Below, one piece after another: positions 19,348-30,800 of a stretch of DNA of 60,018 nucleotides. The position numbers and the translations under genes were made by a program. Location: IMG/VR virus record IMGVR_UViG_3300007513_000043, positions 1 through 60,018 of that record, one strand, 5' to 3'. Every line of letters begins with the position of its first letter. Positions within the stretch are counted from its first letter, which is position 1. Below the pieces are notes generated by a model, which worked only from the letters and a program-made list of their open reading frames with translations, was not told the origin of the DNA and searched no databases. The DNA comes from a virus. Its lineage: Duplodnaviria > Caudoviricetes.

Positions 19348-19355
19348 ATATTATC

Positions 19356-21086
19356 CTAATTGACAGTAAAGTAATAATATTGTTTTGATTTTATAAATTT
19401 ATCGTCATCTCCAAATTCCCAACTTGGATGGTCTGGTGAATCCTCGTAAATCTGGATTTGTTTTCTGTGGAAATCTGCCAAACCACTACCTTCTACTTCG
19501 CTAGTCCAGCCTTTTACTCTTTTTCCCTTGCCGCCTAGAATTGGGTCAGTTTCCCCTTTTGCGTGTTGGATTTCAACGTGTGGTCTTTTCTTTCCTTCAA
19601 AATGCTCTGGATATGCTGACCACATTATTTCAATAAACTCATTAAACCTATTTGCATTTTCCTTACTAATAGTTGATTTACCATCCCACATATCTTCTAT
19701 AAACTGCATAGACCACTCAAATTCTTTTTTAAGTTTAAATGCCCATTTTTGCCCTTCAGCCCCTTCAAACCAAGCGGTATGAGCTTTAATATCAGCTGCT
19801 TTAGATATATCATCAATTTCACCATCCCCATCAAAGTCTCCACCCATTTTTAAATCTTGCCAAACGGGAACTCTTTGCTCTTTTCTGAATCTTTCATAGA
19901 AATCTTTAGTAAATCCTATATCAGCAAAAGACACAGCTTCTACGTCTTCTGGAACTCTGCCGTCCGGTAACTCTTCGCCTTTTGTGAAAACTAGCATTTC
20001 TTCGTCAAAATTAGCATCATCAATATCATATAAATAATGAGTATACCCCCAAGCATTTGCTGTGTCAAGTATCTCATTGTTTTTCTTATTCATTGCTTTT
20101 CTAATATCTGTTGGTACCCATTTATCAATATCCATACCAGACTGTATTGGATTCTCCACCCAATGTTCATTTGGTAGCCCATTTTTTGGTCCCGTTCCAT
20201 ATTCATCGTCATAATCTCGCATTTGGGCTTTAGTACTATGCCAATAGTCCATATCATTACTTAGATTAGTATCAAAGTATAGTTTTTTATCGTTAATATC
20301 ATCAAATTTCTTGCCGTACATTTTGCCCCTAGAGGCAAGATATGCTTCTATTTCATCGTTCTTAACAGTATTACCACTATCAACCATTCTTCCAACATCT
20401 TCTATAATATCTAACTCTGATTTCATTCTTGTTGTTGCATTAAACTTATTCCAGAAACCTTCTTCAATACCTCTTGGGTCCCATTCTATACCCAATTCCT
20501 TATTCTCTTGTTCCCATAATTTCATTGTGCCTTTAAGTGCAGCTTCTAATTCTAGTTCAGAAACGCCTCCTATATCATCGACATCCCAATTAGTGACCTT
20601 TTTACCATCATCGTCAAGATAATAACCTCCGATATTCCTCTCTCTTTTAAATAGTTGCTCACCTATTCTAGTGTTATTAAGTATATGATTAGTTTCTTTT
20701 AATGCTTCTATATCTCTATAAACTGCTCCAGAAATATCTGTTGCTAAATTATTTAAATGCTCTAAATTAGAATGGTCATTATCAGTTATTATTTTAGTAA
20801 TATTAATTGGATTAGATTCATTTTCTGGTTTTCTATTAAGGAGAAGTCTACCCTCAACTTTACCTACGTTCTCCCAAGCTGTGTTAAGTTTTTCTTGATT
20901 GTCATCATATATAGTTTTTAAGTCTTCGAATTTATCTTGTGCCGCTTCCAATTTATTTGCTTCATCAGTTGCTTTTTTCTCTATAGCAGCATCATATCGC
21001 GCCTCTTCATAATAAGAAGGGTCATTAAGACCTTTTAAATTGTTTATACTTCTTGCTACTCCAGACCAATCTATCCCTCTAGCCAT
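19356..21086 (-). CDS. putative internal virion/ejection protein
   Basis: Position in the ejection cluster; helical, acidic. Confidence 0.55.
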   Translation of the reverse strand: MARGIDWSGVARSINNLKGLNDPSYYEEARYDAAIEKKATDEANKLEAAQDKFEDLKTIYDDNQEKLNTAWENVGKVEGRLLLNRKPENESNPINITKIITDNDHSNLEHLNNLATDISGAVYRDIEALKETNHILNNTRIGEQLFKRERNIGGYYLDDDGKKVTNWDVDDIGGVSELELEAALKGTMKLWEQENKELGIEWDPRGIEEGFWNKFNATTRMKSELDIIEDVGRMVDSGNTVKNDEIEAYLASRGKMYGKKFDDINDKKLYFDTNLSNDMDYWHSTKAQMRDYDDEYGTGPKNGLPNEHWVENPIQSGMDIDKWVPTDIRKAMNKKNNEILDTANAWGYTHYLYDIDDANFDEEMLVFTKGEELPDGRVPEDVEAVSFADIGFTKDFYERFRKEQRVPVWQDLKMGGDFDGDGEIDDISKAADIKAHTAWFEGAEGQKWAFKLKKEFEWSMQFIEDMWDGKSTISKENANRFNEFIEIMWSAYPEHFEGKKRPHVEIQHAKGETDPILGGKGKRVKGWTSEVEGSGLADFHRKQIQIYEDSPDHPSWEFGDDDKFIKSKQYYYFTVN

Positions 21087-21110
21087 TGTAATTACTCCAT
21101 TCTCATCTAA

Positions 21111-21983
21111 TTAAAAATCGTCTATATGTGTAAATGTATCAGTATCCACCGATAAGCCACCCATAGTTCCTTCTATACCATATTTCGTATCCATCGCATC
21201 CATAGTAGAATGAGGCTCTGTACCATCCTTTTCAAGTGGTGGTTTATATTTACTACTAGCGTGTTGGAAAGATGATTGAGTAGAAGAAATAACACCAAGA
21301 GCTTCCATTCTTAATCTGTCTAATCCAGTTAATTTATCATTTTGCAGTTTACTTACCTCATTTGCTAACTGTCTATCTAACGCAGCAGTATTTTGCGTAA
21401 AAGATTGAGCAGCCGTATCTTTAGATTGCTGCATTGCCATTCTTCCACCTTCTACATCGTGCTGTCTTGTAATATCTTTTGATGCTATTGCTTGCTGCGA
21501 TGCTTCTAAGGTTTGTTTTAGTCCTAAATTTACTTTTGCCATAGTACTCTTAGCTTTACCAGCTAACATTTTTCTAGCTCTACCACCAGTACCAGCAATA
21601 CCTCCCATACCTTGTTGTGTCATCATTGAAAATATATCGCCAGCTCCAGCAGCTCTTGCCTCTTGCGCATCTGCCATAGCTGCTTCTCTGGCATCTTCCA
21701 TTTGTTCTTGTGTATTGCTGATAAAATCTTGATAAGAACGCATACCTTGACCTTCTGATAATCTCTGCTTATCATCAGATTGTTGTTGAGTAAGTCTTAA
21801 ATTTTCATCTGCATCTTTCTTTTGAGACGCTATATCTTGGGTTACCCTCTTAATTTGTTGGTCTGAATAACTCCTTGAAGGGTCAGCCATTTTATCATAT
21901 TGGCTGTATAAGGCTAGCATAGACCTATCAGCAGTATCTTTAAGCTTAGCATCAAACTTTTTCATTTTCTTTTTTTGACCCAT
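21111..21983 (-). CDS. putative ejection protein (coiled coil)
   Basis: Q/A-rich coiled coil with a Gly-rich central segment. Confidence 0.55.
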   Translation of the reverse strand: MGQKKKMKKFDAKLKDTADRSMLALYSQYDKMADPSRSYSDQQIKRVTQDIASQKKDADENLRLTQQQSDDKQRLSEGQGMRSYQDFISNTQEQMEDAREAAMADAQEARAAGAGDIFSMMTQQGMGGIAGTGGRARKMLAGKAKSTMAKVNLGLKQTLEASQQAIASKDITRQHDVEGGRMAMQQSKDTAAQSFTQNTAALDRQLANEVSKLQNDKLTGLDRLRMEALGVISSTQSSFQHASSKYKPPLEKDGTEPHSTMDAMDTKYGIEGTMGGLSVDTDTFTHIDDF

Positions 21984-21984
21984 T

Positions 21985-22365
21985 TTATATCCTTTTCTCC
22001 ATAAGGTAACAATTTAATTTAAATCCATAATTTTTTATCCAAAAATCGGGATGTATTTCTGTTTCCATCCTTATAGTATTTACCCCATTAACTCTTAAAA
22101 AATCCATAAATGCATCCCAAGCATCTTTAGCTGACCAAACAGAATCGTCAGCCCTATAATAAACATATACATAACATATAGACTTTTGAATTTCAAATAT
22201 TAGGAACCCAAACTTAAATGTGATGCAATGCATATTTTCATCTTTAAGCAAAGACTCTATAGACACAGAAGATTTAACTTTATTTTGATAATCCTCAATA
22301 TGCTCAACTGTCAAGCAATCTCTTGGATTTTCCATAAATTCTATGAATTTTTCAGTTAATTGCAT
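21985..22365 (-). CDS. GNAT-fold-like protein (start revised to MQLTEK)
   Basis: FGFLIFEI...CYVYVYY...FLRVNGVNTIRMET...NYGFK pattern; TAATG overlap. Confidence 0.55.
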   Translation of the reverse strand: MQLTEKFIEFMENPRDCLTVEHIEDYQNKVKSSVSIESLLKDENMHCITFKFGFLIFEIQKSICYVYVYYRADDSVWSAKDAWDAFMDFLRVNGVNTIRMETEIHPDFWIKNYGFKLNCYLMEKRI

Positions 22366-23399
22366 TAAAACAAATCTGCTAAGCTCATAGACAAAATAGT
22401 TAAACCAGCTATAGCCCAACCAACTGGACCTAATGCAGCAGAACCAGACGCTATAGCACTAGCCGTAGTTCCGAATGTTCCGGCGCTACCAGCTGCACCA
22501 GCTATAGTAACTCCGGCAGATAATCCGCTAGAAGCAGTACTAGCTACTTGCGAAACAACATCTGCATCACTTTGTCCTTTTCCTCCAACATTTTCATATA
22601 AATCAACAGCTCCTTGAACACTACCAATCACACTAGAACCAAGTCCAAGATTCTGACTTACGTTTCCCAGTTTACCGGAAGTAGTTGCCCAATTCCCAGC
22701 TTTAGCTGCATTACCAGCTTTTGAAAGTAACTTACTACCGTGTTCTAATCCTTTTGATAAAGCTCCAGTAACATTAGTACCTACATTTAATGCATACGAG
22801 ATATCTTCAACACCTTCAATTTCACTTTCCCCGTCTGATAAATGTTTGCTAACTCCATAAAATTCTAAAGCCCCACTTGAATCTAATCCTTTTCTTCCTT
22901 TATGCAATGCTTTCGAGACCGACTTACGAGCTGTTACCCTATCAGATTTTCCAGCTCGCCACTTATCTCGCCCCTCTCTCCACTTTTTTGCAAATTTGCT
23001 CTTAGCAAGTTTACCTTTGCCGATTCTTCCACCTCTGGGTTTGCCACCTTTTCCAGTTCCAGCTCCTACAATCTTTCCTATTTCTCCGGATGCGCTGAGT
23101 CCAGTATTAACCGGGTCTCCTTCTTCATTATTAGTGCCACCTCTTACACCAAAAGCATCTCCAACATCAATAACTTCTTCTGTGTTATCTTTTGACTCAT
23201 CTTTAGATATATCTAATGCTTTAACTGGAGACTCGCCTTGACTATCAAGATTTTTAACATAATCTATTAATTCTTGAGAAACACTGCCTCCTTCATCTAC
23301 ATTTGGAGGAATTTCCTTAAGAATATGAATTCTAGCTCTTTTTATATCAAGAGGTGAAAACTTAGGTTTATTGTTTGGATTATTATTAGCTGCATCCAT
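22365..23399 (-). CDS. putative membrane-inserting ejection/pilot protein
   Basis: Gly/Ala/Ser-rich C-terminal half ending ALGPVGWAIAGLTILSMSLADLF. Confidence 0.55.
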   Translation of the reverse strand: MDAANNNPNNKPKFSPLDIKRARIHILKEIPPNVDEGGSVSQELIDYVKNLDSQGESPVKALDISKDESKDNTEEVIDVGDAFGVRGGTNNEEGDPVNTGLSASGEIGKIVGAGTGKGGKPRGGRIGKGKLAKSKFAKKWREGRDKWRAGKSDRVTARKSVSKALHKGRKGLDSSGALEFYGVSKHLSDGESEIEGVEDISYALNVGTNVTGALSKGLEHGSKLLSKAGNAAKAGNWATTSGKLGNVSQNLGLGSSVIGSVQGAVDLYENVGGKGQSDADVVSQVASTASSGLSAGVTIAGAAGSAGTFGTTASAIASGSAALGPVGWAIAGLTILSMSLADLF

Positions 23400-24391
23400 T
23401 ATGATAATAAAGTTGTTTGAGTTTTTGTTAGCCCTAAATTTCTTTTCTTCTTATCTTTTTCAAGTAAATCTTTAAAACTATTATTGATAGCCATTTTAGC
23501 ACCAGATTTGTCACTATCCGACAATCCAGTAAAAATTTCTTCTTTATTCTTACCTTTATTTTTTTCGTCTTCTAGCTTTCGTCTTTGTTCATCTTGCCAC
23601 TCTTTAAGCTTTCTATCTGACTCCTTTTTCCTTAATCCGTATTTATAATCACCACTAGTAGCTAATAAAGAATGTGGACCAGCAACTGCTCCGTAGGTAA
23701 TTTTGTCTTGTGTAAGACCCATTTCTCTATCTCTTCTGGTCTCAGAAGTTTTTCTAGATTTATCTAAGATTTCCTCAGAAACAGCGCCTTGTTCATATTC
23801 TGCATCAAGTCTTTCGCTTTCACCCGCTTCACTTACAGCGCCTTGCTCATATTCAAAATCTAAGGTTGATTGTGGAACAGATATTTTATTACCCATAGAA
23901 TCTTCATCTACATATGCACTTGAAGGATATGGGTCTTCAGTTTGTACATCACTTTTTATATTCTCTAGTTGCTTAATAGCTGGTTGATTATTAGCTCTTA
24001 CTTCATCTAAACTTAAATATGAGTCATCTCCGCTTTCATTTTCTAATGCTTTTATCTTAGGCGATACTCCAAACACTTTCTGAAGTACCTTTTCCTTGAA
24101 TTTGCCAAGCTTTGACGATGGCTCATCTACATCCCAGTCTTTACCCTTAGAATCGGGAGCGGAAATATCAACTCCGTGCTTTATTTCCGTGTTCCTAATT
24201 TGCTTTTCTCTACGATTCGTAAGTAAATCTGCTGTAGTAAAATAAGCATCAGAGGCTGTAGTTAAACCGTCAATGATTGCTTGTTTCTTTTCTTGTTGTG
24301 TTTCGAACTTAGCTTTCATTGCCTCTAATTGCAATTTAAGCTCTTCAAGGTAATAACCGTGAACATATTCGTGAGTCATTGGAGCACTCAT
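23399..24391 (-). CDS. putative internal virion protein
   Basis: First large gene of the ejection cluster; EYEQGAVSE repeated twice. Confidence 0.5.
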   Translation of the reverse strand: MSAPMTHEYVHGYYLEELKLQLEAMKAKFETQQEKKQAIIDGLTTASDAYFTTADLLTNRREKQIRNTEIKHGVDISAPDSKGKDWDVDEPSSKLGKFKEKVLQKVFGVSPKIKALENESGDDSYLSLDEVRANNQPAIKQLENIKSDVQTEDPYPSSAYVDEDSMGNKISVPQSTLDFEYEQGAVSEAGESERLDAEYEQGAVSEEILDKSRKTSETRRDREMGLTQDKITYGAVAGPHSLLATSGDYKYGLRKKESDRKLKEWQDEQRRKLEDEKNKGKNKEEIFTGLSDSDKSGAKMAINNSFKDLLEKDKKKRNLGLTKTQTTLLS

Positions 24392-24400
24392 ATAAATCTC

Positions 24401-24550
24401 CTATTTTTTCTTAGGCGATGGTTTGCTTTCTTCTTTTGCTTCTAAAGATTGTGCAAATTCAATAGCGCCAAGAACACGTTGATAAGTTTGTTCTAATGCT
24501 ACTTTTTGTTTTTCTAAAGCTTCAATTTTTGCTTTTAAATCTTCTGCCAT
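24401..24550 (-). CDS. small coiled-coil protein (49 aa, not in ORF track)
   Basis: MAEDLKAKIEALEKQKVALEQTYQRVLGAIEF...; GGAG RBS. Confidence 0.7.
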   Translation of the reverse strand: MAEDLKAKIEALEKQKVALEQTYQRVLGAIEFAQSLEAKEESKPSPKKK

Positions 24551-24587
24551 TTTTAATCTCCATTTTTATTTGTTTGATATGTAACAT

Positions 24588-24616
24588 AATTTACGTATAT
24601 TACCAGTTAAATAAAA
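24588..24616 (-). promoter_or_regulatory. late promoter candidate with TACGTA box
   Basis: TTTTAT-17bp-TAAATT upstream of the ejection gene cluster. Confidence 0.5.
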
Positions 24617-24625
24617 AGCTTTTTT

Positions 24626-24856
24626 TTATAAAGCTGGCGTATACGGCGCTGGCTGCGTTCCAGTTGTCCTACATTTCGTATTATGATACCAGTTATTACT
24701 AATATCTTGAACCCATTCATCTACATCACTAGGATTGGATAGCCTAGTGGTCATAATAAACTTTCTACAACCAACTGTTGAGCATTTAGTAGCATCAGGG
24801 TGATTATAGTTTATTGATATTATATCTGTGCTAGTTAATGTTGAATTGTAAGGCAT
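24626..24856 (-). CDS. small Cys-containing protein downstream of the tail fibre
   Basis: GGAGG RBS within the end of the tail-fibre gene. Confidence 0.55.
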   Translation of the reverse strand: MPYNSTLTSTDIISINYNHPDATKCSTVGCRKFIMTTRLSNPSDVDEWVQDISNNWYHNTKCRTTGTQPAPYTPAL

Positions 24857-24860
24857 TTCA

Positions 24861-27800
24861 TTATCCTCCGTTATTTACTGTTATGTCAGCATATGCTGTA
24901 TAAATTTGGTCAGTCATCATAGTTCTTTGGTCAGTTGTTTGATAAATCCCCGCATCACTTGAGCCATCATAAACTACATCATAAGTATGAGCTCGTGTTC
25001 CGTGCCAAGTGTTTCCATCCGCCATTACTGGTTCGTCCGGATATCGATTATTTGTACTGCTATACGGATGGTAATTTTCAGTAGTATGAATTATCCTCCA
25101 TTTTATAGAATTATTTGGCAATGTCTTTAGATACTCAGCAAAGTTATAGCACTTACTCGTGGTATCAGTATCCCACAATGGACCTAAAGTAGCTTGGAAG
25201 AACCACATAGATTCTCGGTCAGAGCTACCAGTAGCATTCCCAAAACCGTGGTTAGTCCTAATAAGGTCATATGGAGTCGAAGAAAGTGCTAGATTAACTT
25301 CGTGCTCATATGCATAGTCCCAAACAGCTTGTCCAGTTGTGTGCCATATTCTTAAAAATCTATCGCCTTCCAAATGACCAACTGCACCACCAGAGCCCGG
25401 TATTATTTCTAATCTCATCTGGCAAATCCTCCAACTTTGTTCTGGATGGTCTATTTTAATTCTAAAATCTATCTTAGCACCAATTCTTACATCGTTTATA
25501 GTATGCCAACCCCACTCATTGTCATTTATACCGAATTCAAACTCTTCTTTTTGATGCATAAGAGGAACATATTCACCATTCCAATCTTGTATTTGAGGTG
25601 TTACATTTGCTAGCTTATCTGCCCTCAGCACTCCATTTACAAATAAATTCGAACCATCATATGCAATACCACTTCCAGTTTCACCAGTAGAATTTACTGT
25701 TCCAACAGCAAATGAGTCTTTATCTATATACACACCAGCAGTTGTATTTGTTGCTGAATCTTTGCTGGCAGTTTGTATTTTAGCACCAGTTCCCAATGTT
25801 AAAACATCGCTTATTGTCGCTGCATTTGCGAATATAGATGTAGTATCTATATGGTTAGCGCTTATTTGCCCAGTTTGTATCATATCTCCATCTATAATTG
25901 TTTGACCATATTCCTCTGTTTCAATCTTTATCCAATCTACTAGAAAATCTGGCTGGTCATCTGGGTTATTTACATCTGCTCCTCCGTCTGCTCTAAATGC
26001 TATCCCAAAATAACCAACATCATCGTGGAATTTGCCGGGGAGAGTAGCATCATTGCATATACCATCTGCAACATCATTTTCAACACTTGTTTTTCCTCTC
26101 ATATAATAAGTAATGATTTGCCAATTTTCATCAACATTAACACCAGATGCTCCAGTACCAGCCCAAGTAGGATAACTATCTGATGCCACTATTGCTCCAC
26201 TTGAATCATCCCAGTTGGCATAAGCGCTGTTTAGATAATGGTAACCCATAAAGCCAAATCTAATATTCTGGTCAGATGTAGCAGTTCCTCCGTCTACTAC
26301 TTTATATGCTTTTACTCTCATAGAGACTTTATATAAAATAAGAGGGTCAATTTTCACTCTTTGATTTCTCCAAGCATAATTGGTACCAATAGCAGTATTT
26401 TGTGCACTAGAACCACTTGTATCAAACAGTGCGTTATATGGTTGAGATGCACCATCCCACGTTTTACCAAATCTTAATGCCATACCGTTTTGAGCTTGAG
26501 CATCTGCTTTAAATATCGGAGTCACAACACCGGCAGTAGCAGAGTAATATTCAGATATAACTGTAGCTAGAGAGGAGTTGGAAAGTGATAAATTTAATGC
26601 CCCCGATGTAGCCATAGACCATTTTGTATGCCAAGGGTCTTCCCAATTAGATACATTAGTAAATACAGTACTACCATTTATTTCTATATGGTCACCACTT
26701 ATGGTTACTCCAGATGAAGCTACGTTTATAGCAGATATTATAGAATCATTATCGGTTAATACTTGACCACTTGTTAATGTTATTGTATCGGCGGCAATAG
26801 CTAAACTAGAAGAATGATTAGAGTTACTACTTGAGCCGACATCGTAAGTTTGCTCAAAAGCAAATTTACTAGTCCCACTATGACCTAACTTAAATATCAT
26901 TGTGCCTTCATCAGATAGGTTTTCTGTTATTTCCCACTTGTTGGTCCCGTCTATTGATATTCCGCATTTATAAGTACCTAAATTACCAATTTGCATAGCA
27001 TTTTCCATAAATCTTATAGATGAAGATGACCCAGAAAGAGTCATACTATCCAACACAATCTCACCCCTAAAAAAAGCATTCCCATCACTTTTTATAGAAA
27101 AATTCTTAGATGCTATCTCTCCGGAGTTTAAATCAAATCTTGTTCCTAAAGTAATATAATTAGTATCTACTACTGTCTCATCTATATTATTAGATTTAAT
27201 TATTCCGGTTGAAATATTATTTCCAGATATCTCTGTTCCGTAGGATGTTAATCCTCCAAATAATACTCCGTGAGTTTTGTTAAATGAAAATGAGACAAAT
27301 GCTGCTGGAAGATTGGTATTTGGAGAGGTTTCATTTGGTTCTATATATCTATTGTGTTGTTCGTGACCATTACCTTCTCCCAACCCATATTGACCTACTA
27401 AAACATATGCAGTTTTTATATGGTCACCACTAGCAACTAATCCGGTATGAGCATACGGATTTGTAGCACCATACAATCTCATTGCAGCAACCAATCCCTC
27501 TGAGTCACTATCATCACTGCTTGCATCGACAAGAAGTTCTTGCCCAGTTAACATTATTACTAAATCTGTAGATACAATATTTGACCCATCTTCTAATTGA
27601 GTTTGTAAATTTAATATATCTGCAAGATTTTCCCTTCTTGTAAGTCCGTGAATAACATCATAAGTATCAAATAATTCTAAATGCCTAACATTTAAATCTT
27701 TATTAAGAACAAATAATAATAATCCGTGTGACTGAGAAGTTAATGGGTCTAGATTATCTAGGGTATTATATAGATAATTATCTAGATATGTTGTTTGTCC

Positions 27801-30800
27801 TATTGCTATCATTGTTTTGTTGTTCATTCCAGTACCACCGGGGGTAGAATAATTATGAGTTCCAATAGCGATACCGTTAACTATATCTATACCCTCTTCT
27901 GCATCGCCTAAATGAACATCTCCACGTATTTGTAAGCTTGGGTTAGTAGTAATACCATCACCGGGTTCCCATTTTAAACCAGCGCCATCTGTTCCAGATA
28001 TTGGATTACCATATAATTCAAGCTTACCAGTGCTATCCATATATGTTCGCCACGTCAACTCTCCAGAATTATCGTCATATGTCGAGTATCCAAAGTGCGG
28101 ATTATCAGATTGATTAATAAAATAAAATCCATCTTGTGTTGGAGTAGTATTTGTAAAAGACATCATAGTTGAAGCAGCATCTGCAGTTCCAACTGGCGAA
28201 TTATTCATTAAAGTAACATCAAAGTCAAGACTATCTGATGCATAAAAAGTGTATCGTGTATCCCTATCTGGCTCAACAGCTATTTTTCTATCTCCCATAG
28301 CAATAAAACTACCGGGGGCAGATGCAAATGTTCCTATTTGTGCCCATTCATTACCATTATCACCATAGTCATTCGCCATTACAAATACTGTCAATTCGAA
28401 TGGCACATTCGCAATATCATCAAAATCTGTTGAGTCTAATTCAAGAGTTACATATTCTTTGCCGTGATTTGGCACAGATAAATTATTTCTAGAATGTAGC
28501 AATATACCATTTGTACCTATATAAGCGTGTGAAACAGTGTTGGATAATGAGACAAAAGACTCTCCATCTTCTGGAAATGGAACCGGATAAATATTGAAAT
28601 TATTCTCATTTGCACTATGACCACCAGCACCATCTCCGCCGTATAAGTTTACAGCGGTGATACTAGAATCAAAGCTAACTACATTAACTGCATCATCTAA
28701 TTTTTTAACCCAGCACCATACAGAAAATACAGTGGTACCACAATATGCTTCATCGGCATCTACTGCTAAAGTTATTTTACTGTTAGGTTTATCGATACTT
28801 ACTTGTACTTTTACTCCTTGAGTTTCTGTGACAGCAACTTCGCCACCCCAATTATTAACATTCCAAACAGCTTGTCCTCCTTGTACACCATCAGCACCGG
28901 TATGTCCAGATAATAATGCTCCTTGTGTCCATCCAGTATCTTCTGACCAAGCTGGGCTATCGTGATTTGAATTAACCCAAGTTGCTACACTATAAAATGT
29001 AAATTCTCCAATTGCCGGAGTTGTTGCTTGAAGACTCCATCCAGTTGGAGTATTATTCATAACTCCAGAACTATTTACCGTAGCTCCCGCACCGGGAGTT
29101 CCAGCTCCATTAGCAGCAGATGTATTAGCATTCTTATATATAGTGAATGTTTTATATTCATTGCCGTCATCCCCATCGCTTCCCGGGGGACCTTGCGGAC
29201 CAACGAATTGTCCAGAATTCTCCCAAGAATCACCATCCCAAACAAATAAATGCCCAACATCTCCATTGTCTGCTAATTCTACTATATAAGCATCACCAGC
29301 TGTATTATTACTACTTGGCAAAGATGCTTCATCCGCAACAGTTCCTTGTATTTGAACCCCAACTCCGTCTGAACCATTTTGACCAGAGAATTGCACAATA
29401 ACTCCAGATGGATTTATATTAGTAGTGCCAGATGAATCTACCGTATATTCAGCAGATGTTACATAAATTTGTTGACTTGCACTTGGAGCAGATGCTGAAA
29501 AAGCCCAAGATAAATCTATAGTTGGTGTTGCATATGTTCCACTGAATGTTGGAACCGTTGGACCAGCTCCATATTCTGCTGCTGTTAAATTTTTATAGGC
29601 ATATACAGTTTTTAATCCGGGAGCTCCATCGCCACCATCTTGAAATATAATTTGAGGAGTTGACCAATCCCAATCAACGTCAGCAACTGTAATATCTGTA
29701 GTTCGGGCAACTCCACTAACTACATAACAAGGGTCACCATTAGTTGTTGGAATAGTATCAGTCCAACTATTATCTAAGTCAGTCAATTGACCAGTTTCGA
29801 AATTATAGTTTTGGGTTGTCGGTCTATCACCATCAACAAGAGCAACAGAACTCCTTCTATAAGCATTTACAAGCACAATGGTTTCACCATCTGTCCCAGC
29901 AGTACCAGTTTCTCCATCTAAAGACGCTATAGGATAAAATTGACCATCAACATTACTAGTACCTTGTTCTCCGTATGTATCTCCCACATCTTCAATAAGA
30001 AATGAAAAAATATCTCCGTGGTTATGACCACCAGCTCCTTGTTCTAAATTATAAGAACTATTAATTTTAAATCTATATGTTTCCCCAGTTCCTCCGTGAG
30101 TATAAGCCAAAACTGTCCCTATAGCACATTCGGTAGTGAAAAAATTATAATGGTCATATCCACTTTTATCAAATCTACTTATTATAATCTGATTTATATT
30201 CGCGTGCCAAGCAGTTATCCATTCGCCATAACTTGTACCGGTTACATAAGGATTTTGATTACTTAGTACATCTCGTTTAAAACCTATTTGACCATCTCCA
30301 GCACTACCTAAATCAAAATAGACTATATCATCGTGTTCGTATGTCCAACTCGCAGATAGTCCCTCAATTCCACTAAATTGCGCCGGAGTACTCCAAGCTC
30401 CAAATAATGTATAAGCATTAGTTCCTATATTACCTACAGTATTTTCTTGTACATAAACAGCTTGTGATATATATGTAAGCTGACCATCTCCCGGACTTGT
30501 AGGTATAGAACTCCACGTTTGTGGAACACCAGTCATTACTCCCTCGTTATTTATTGTAACAAGATTTGAATTTACATCGGCTGGTATAGATGCTGAATTT
30601 TTATATAAATAGTACACAGAGTAAACATTGCCCGGTTCACCTTCTGCTCCGGGAGTTCCGGGGTCACCTTGTGGTCCCGGGGGTCCAGTTATATTTCCAG
30701 CATTACCCCAGCTATTCCCATCCCAAATCCATAAGTCTCCAGTGTCTTGAACAATAAATGCATCTCCAATATCTCCACTATATGGTCCATTGGGATATCC

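Noticed and set aside
24861-25500. Diversity-generating retroelement target at the fibre C-terminus
   Set aside because: No reverse transcriptase and no template repeat seen.
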